From positions 22,260,001 to 22,324,000 of the forward strand of contig CM052832.1 in the NCBI GenBank assembly GCA_028534125.1: 64,000 nucleotides of DNA. Direction: 5' to 3'. Numbering within the stretch: position 1 is the first letter of the stretch; every line of letters begins with the position of its first letter. The DNA is from Lama glama. Lineage: Eukaryota. Made by a program: the position numbers and the translations under genes. Below, piece after piece: positions 61,979 to 64,000 of this stretch. Under the pieces are notes generated by a model, which saw only the letters and a list, made by a program, of their open reading frames with translations, was not told where the DNA came from and searched no databases.

Positions 61979-63411
61979 ATGGGAGGGGTGTGAACAGGGG
62001 GGCAGATCATCTGAGTGAATCCTAGCCTCGCCACCAGCTGTGTCACTTGCTTTTCGTCTTAGATCTCTCAGCTTCTGTTCCTGCATGATGTCTTTTGCTT
62101 CATGCTAAGATTCAAAGACTACTATCAGCCTTTTTAGTGAGCTATTTTATATTATGTGCACACATCCTAGACATTCCCAATTTCTGCGAAATCCCGTGGT
62201 CAGCCTTTAAGAGCCAGATAAGACAGTTTGAGTCTCCATCTCACACGTTGCTAGAAGGATTCTCTGATATTGCTTGCGTTTTCTGAGGGCTTCCCTCTCC
62301 AGGGCTCCCAGGGCAGCAGCTGGTTACTGCTCTTGGCTTCAGACTGCTCTGCCCTAACATGGGCTTTCCGCTGCAGGACCCCACCCCAGTCCCTTCTCTC
62401 AACAGTGTCCTAGCAAGGACTGCTGAGGAGAGCAGAATTTTGAGAGGAGGTTCCAGGGGAAGGGAAGGGATGGGAGGGTGATGACATTACAGCAAGTGCA
62501 CTGCCAGAAAAATCTTTAAACTGAATTGTAGATGCCCCTGTTTTAGGTTCCGTGGATTTTTCTTAATTCAGGGCATTTCTTACTGAGCCACCATCTCCCA
62601 TTTTTGGCTTCTGCTTGTGGACTCTCCTCAGACCCCTTTCTTTTCCTCAAGATCTTCCTTATATTTCTCCTCCTTCCTTCCTGGTCCCCGCATCTACCTC
62701 ACCCCCATTTCTCTCAAACCATGAATGAACAACTCCTAATTCTGTTATTTTCTTATGAAAACATGGAGCTCTTTTCCAGCTGCATCTTTCCTTGGTTGGG
62801 CCCTGGGAGTAGCAGGTGGAGGTGGGGCTCACTTTCCTCAACCAAAGACTCATCAAGAAATATTTCCAACACAGAGTCATCTCCTCTGCTGTGAATTATA
62901 CCTCATGCCTCTGGAGCTGTTCAGGCTCTTTGTTTAAAATCAGATCCTCGTCCCTTTCTCCCGTCTCCCTCTCTTACAAGCTCTTGATGATAGCCTTAGA
63001 AGTCAGTCTTTCATCTGAATTGTTATTACAACAGCATGGAGTACATGTTGGCGTTTCTGTGTAACATAAACAACAATGGGAAGAAGAAGGACCTATTTGC
63101 TTGTCCTGGTTATGTTGTGCTGATGATTATTTCAAATAGAAAAGTGCTATAGGGTCATCTATTTGATTCCCTCTCAGTTGAGAATTAAGTGGGTCAAGGA
63201 AGAAACAGTCCTCTCCATATCCACCATTGGTGGAAGGGCCAACTCTTTTTTCCTCTGTACTTGCTTAAACAAAGCAAAGCCAAACAAAACAAAAGCCCAG
63301 AATCTCCTGAAAACTCTCAGCAGCCGTGCTCGTGTCTTAATGTCTTCACCTTGTCTGATCCTTCTGGACTCAATGCTTTTTATCTGAACGGATTGAGGGG
63401 CCTCAGAGCAG

Positions 63412-63572
63412 ACTCAGAGGCAGGAGGCCTGGGTTTCAGCACTCTGACTGTGACTGGCAGGTTTCCTGACCGTGGGAAAGTCCCTGACGCTCTCCAAGCG
63501 CCGCTCCCTTATCTATAACATGGGGAGGAATCCTACTCACACACTCACGGGATGGAATGAGATTTCATTCCT
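63412..63572 (+). mobile_element. MIR SINE
   Basis: tcagaggcaggaggcctgggtttc..tgaccgtgggaaagtc..atctataacatgggga. Confidence 0.7.
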
Positions 63573-64000
63573 TAGGGGCACTTCTTCGGCCAGGAAGTCT
63601 GGAAGCCAAGTGTCTGAGCTGAGCAGCTGCTGTGATGTCAGACGTGTCCGGGCACGTTGCAGGGTTAATTGGCACGCTGGCCAGGTTCAGGCTTGCCGGA
63701 CCTGCTCAGGGCCGGGGCACAGTGACTGGTTTTATTAAATCTGACAATTGGCCCGCGAGAGTAACAACTGGCGCTGTGTCTGACCGGGAGCTAGGACACA
63801 GGTGTGCATGCTGCGTCCAGGAAGGCTGGCTGGGAAGGAGGGAGTGACCACTGTGAGCAGACGAGAAAATGCCATCATACTGTCTTCCTGTCCAGCCTCA
63901 GAGAATCTGTACCACGTTTCCCAAAAGTGGGAACTGGTGTGAGGAGTGCGCCAAGGGCAAGGGGCCTCTCTCTGGAGATGCTCTAGGCTACTGAGATCGA

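Noticed and set aside
1..64000. A novel multi-gene biological system (defence island, CRISPR, operon)
   Set aside because: The sequence is repeat-rich mammalian non-coding DNA with no gene-dense organisation, no repeat-spacer array and no supported exons.

Overview
This is mammalian non-coding genomic DNA, most likely camelid: it carries two tRNA-Ala-derived SINEs of the vic-1 type and I saw no Alu, Bov-A/BovB, PRE-1 or Can-SINE. I can support no intact protein-coding exon, RNA gene, CRISPR array or prokaryote-type system. The only recognisable proteins in the ORF track are frameshifted LINE-1 ORF2 pieces. Bases 1-12.4 kb are almost entirely stacked repeats: four or five + strand L1 pieces, a HAL1/L1M-like fragment, L2, and a 5'-truncated MER34-like ERV1 with its 3' LTR. 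From about 13.8 kb onward, unique sequence alternates with MIR, L2, MaLR/ERVL LTRs, MER5 and Tigger DNA transposons, and younger L1 3' ends. The most notable observations are: (i) two TSD-bounded L1 insertions that each carry extra non-L1 sequence between the L1 end and a second A-tail (candidate 3' transductions); (ii) an L1 with a 4-bp microhomology junction, followed by part of the sequence it skips; (iii) a near-consensus CTCF site at 30.78 kb; (iv) several repeat-free blocks dense in homeodomain/SOX/TALE motifs that resemble developmental enhancers; and (v) nested insertions that give a relative chronology. Repeat subfamily names come from my recall of consensus sequences, not from a search. 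Boundaries are approximate (tens of bp) unless TSDs or termini are quoted.
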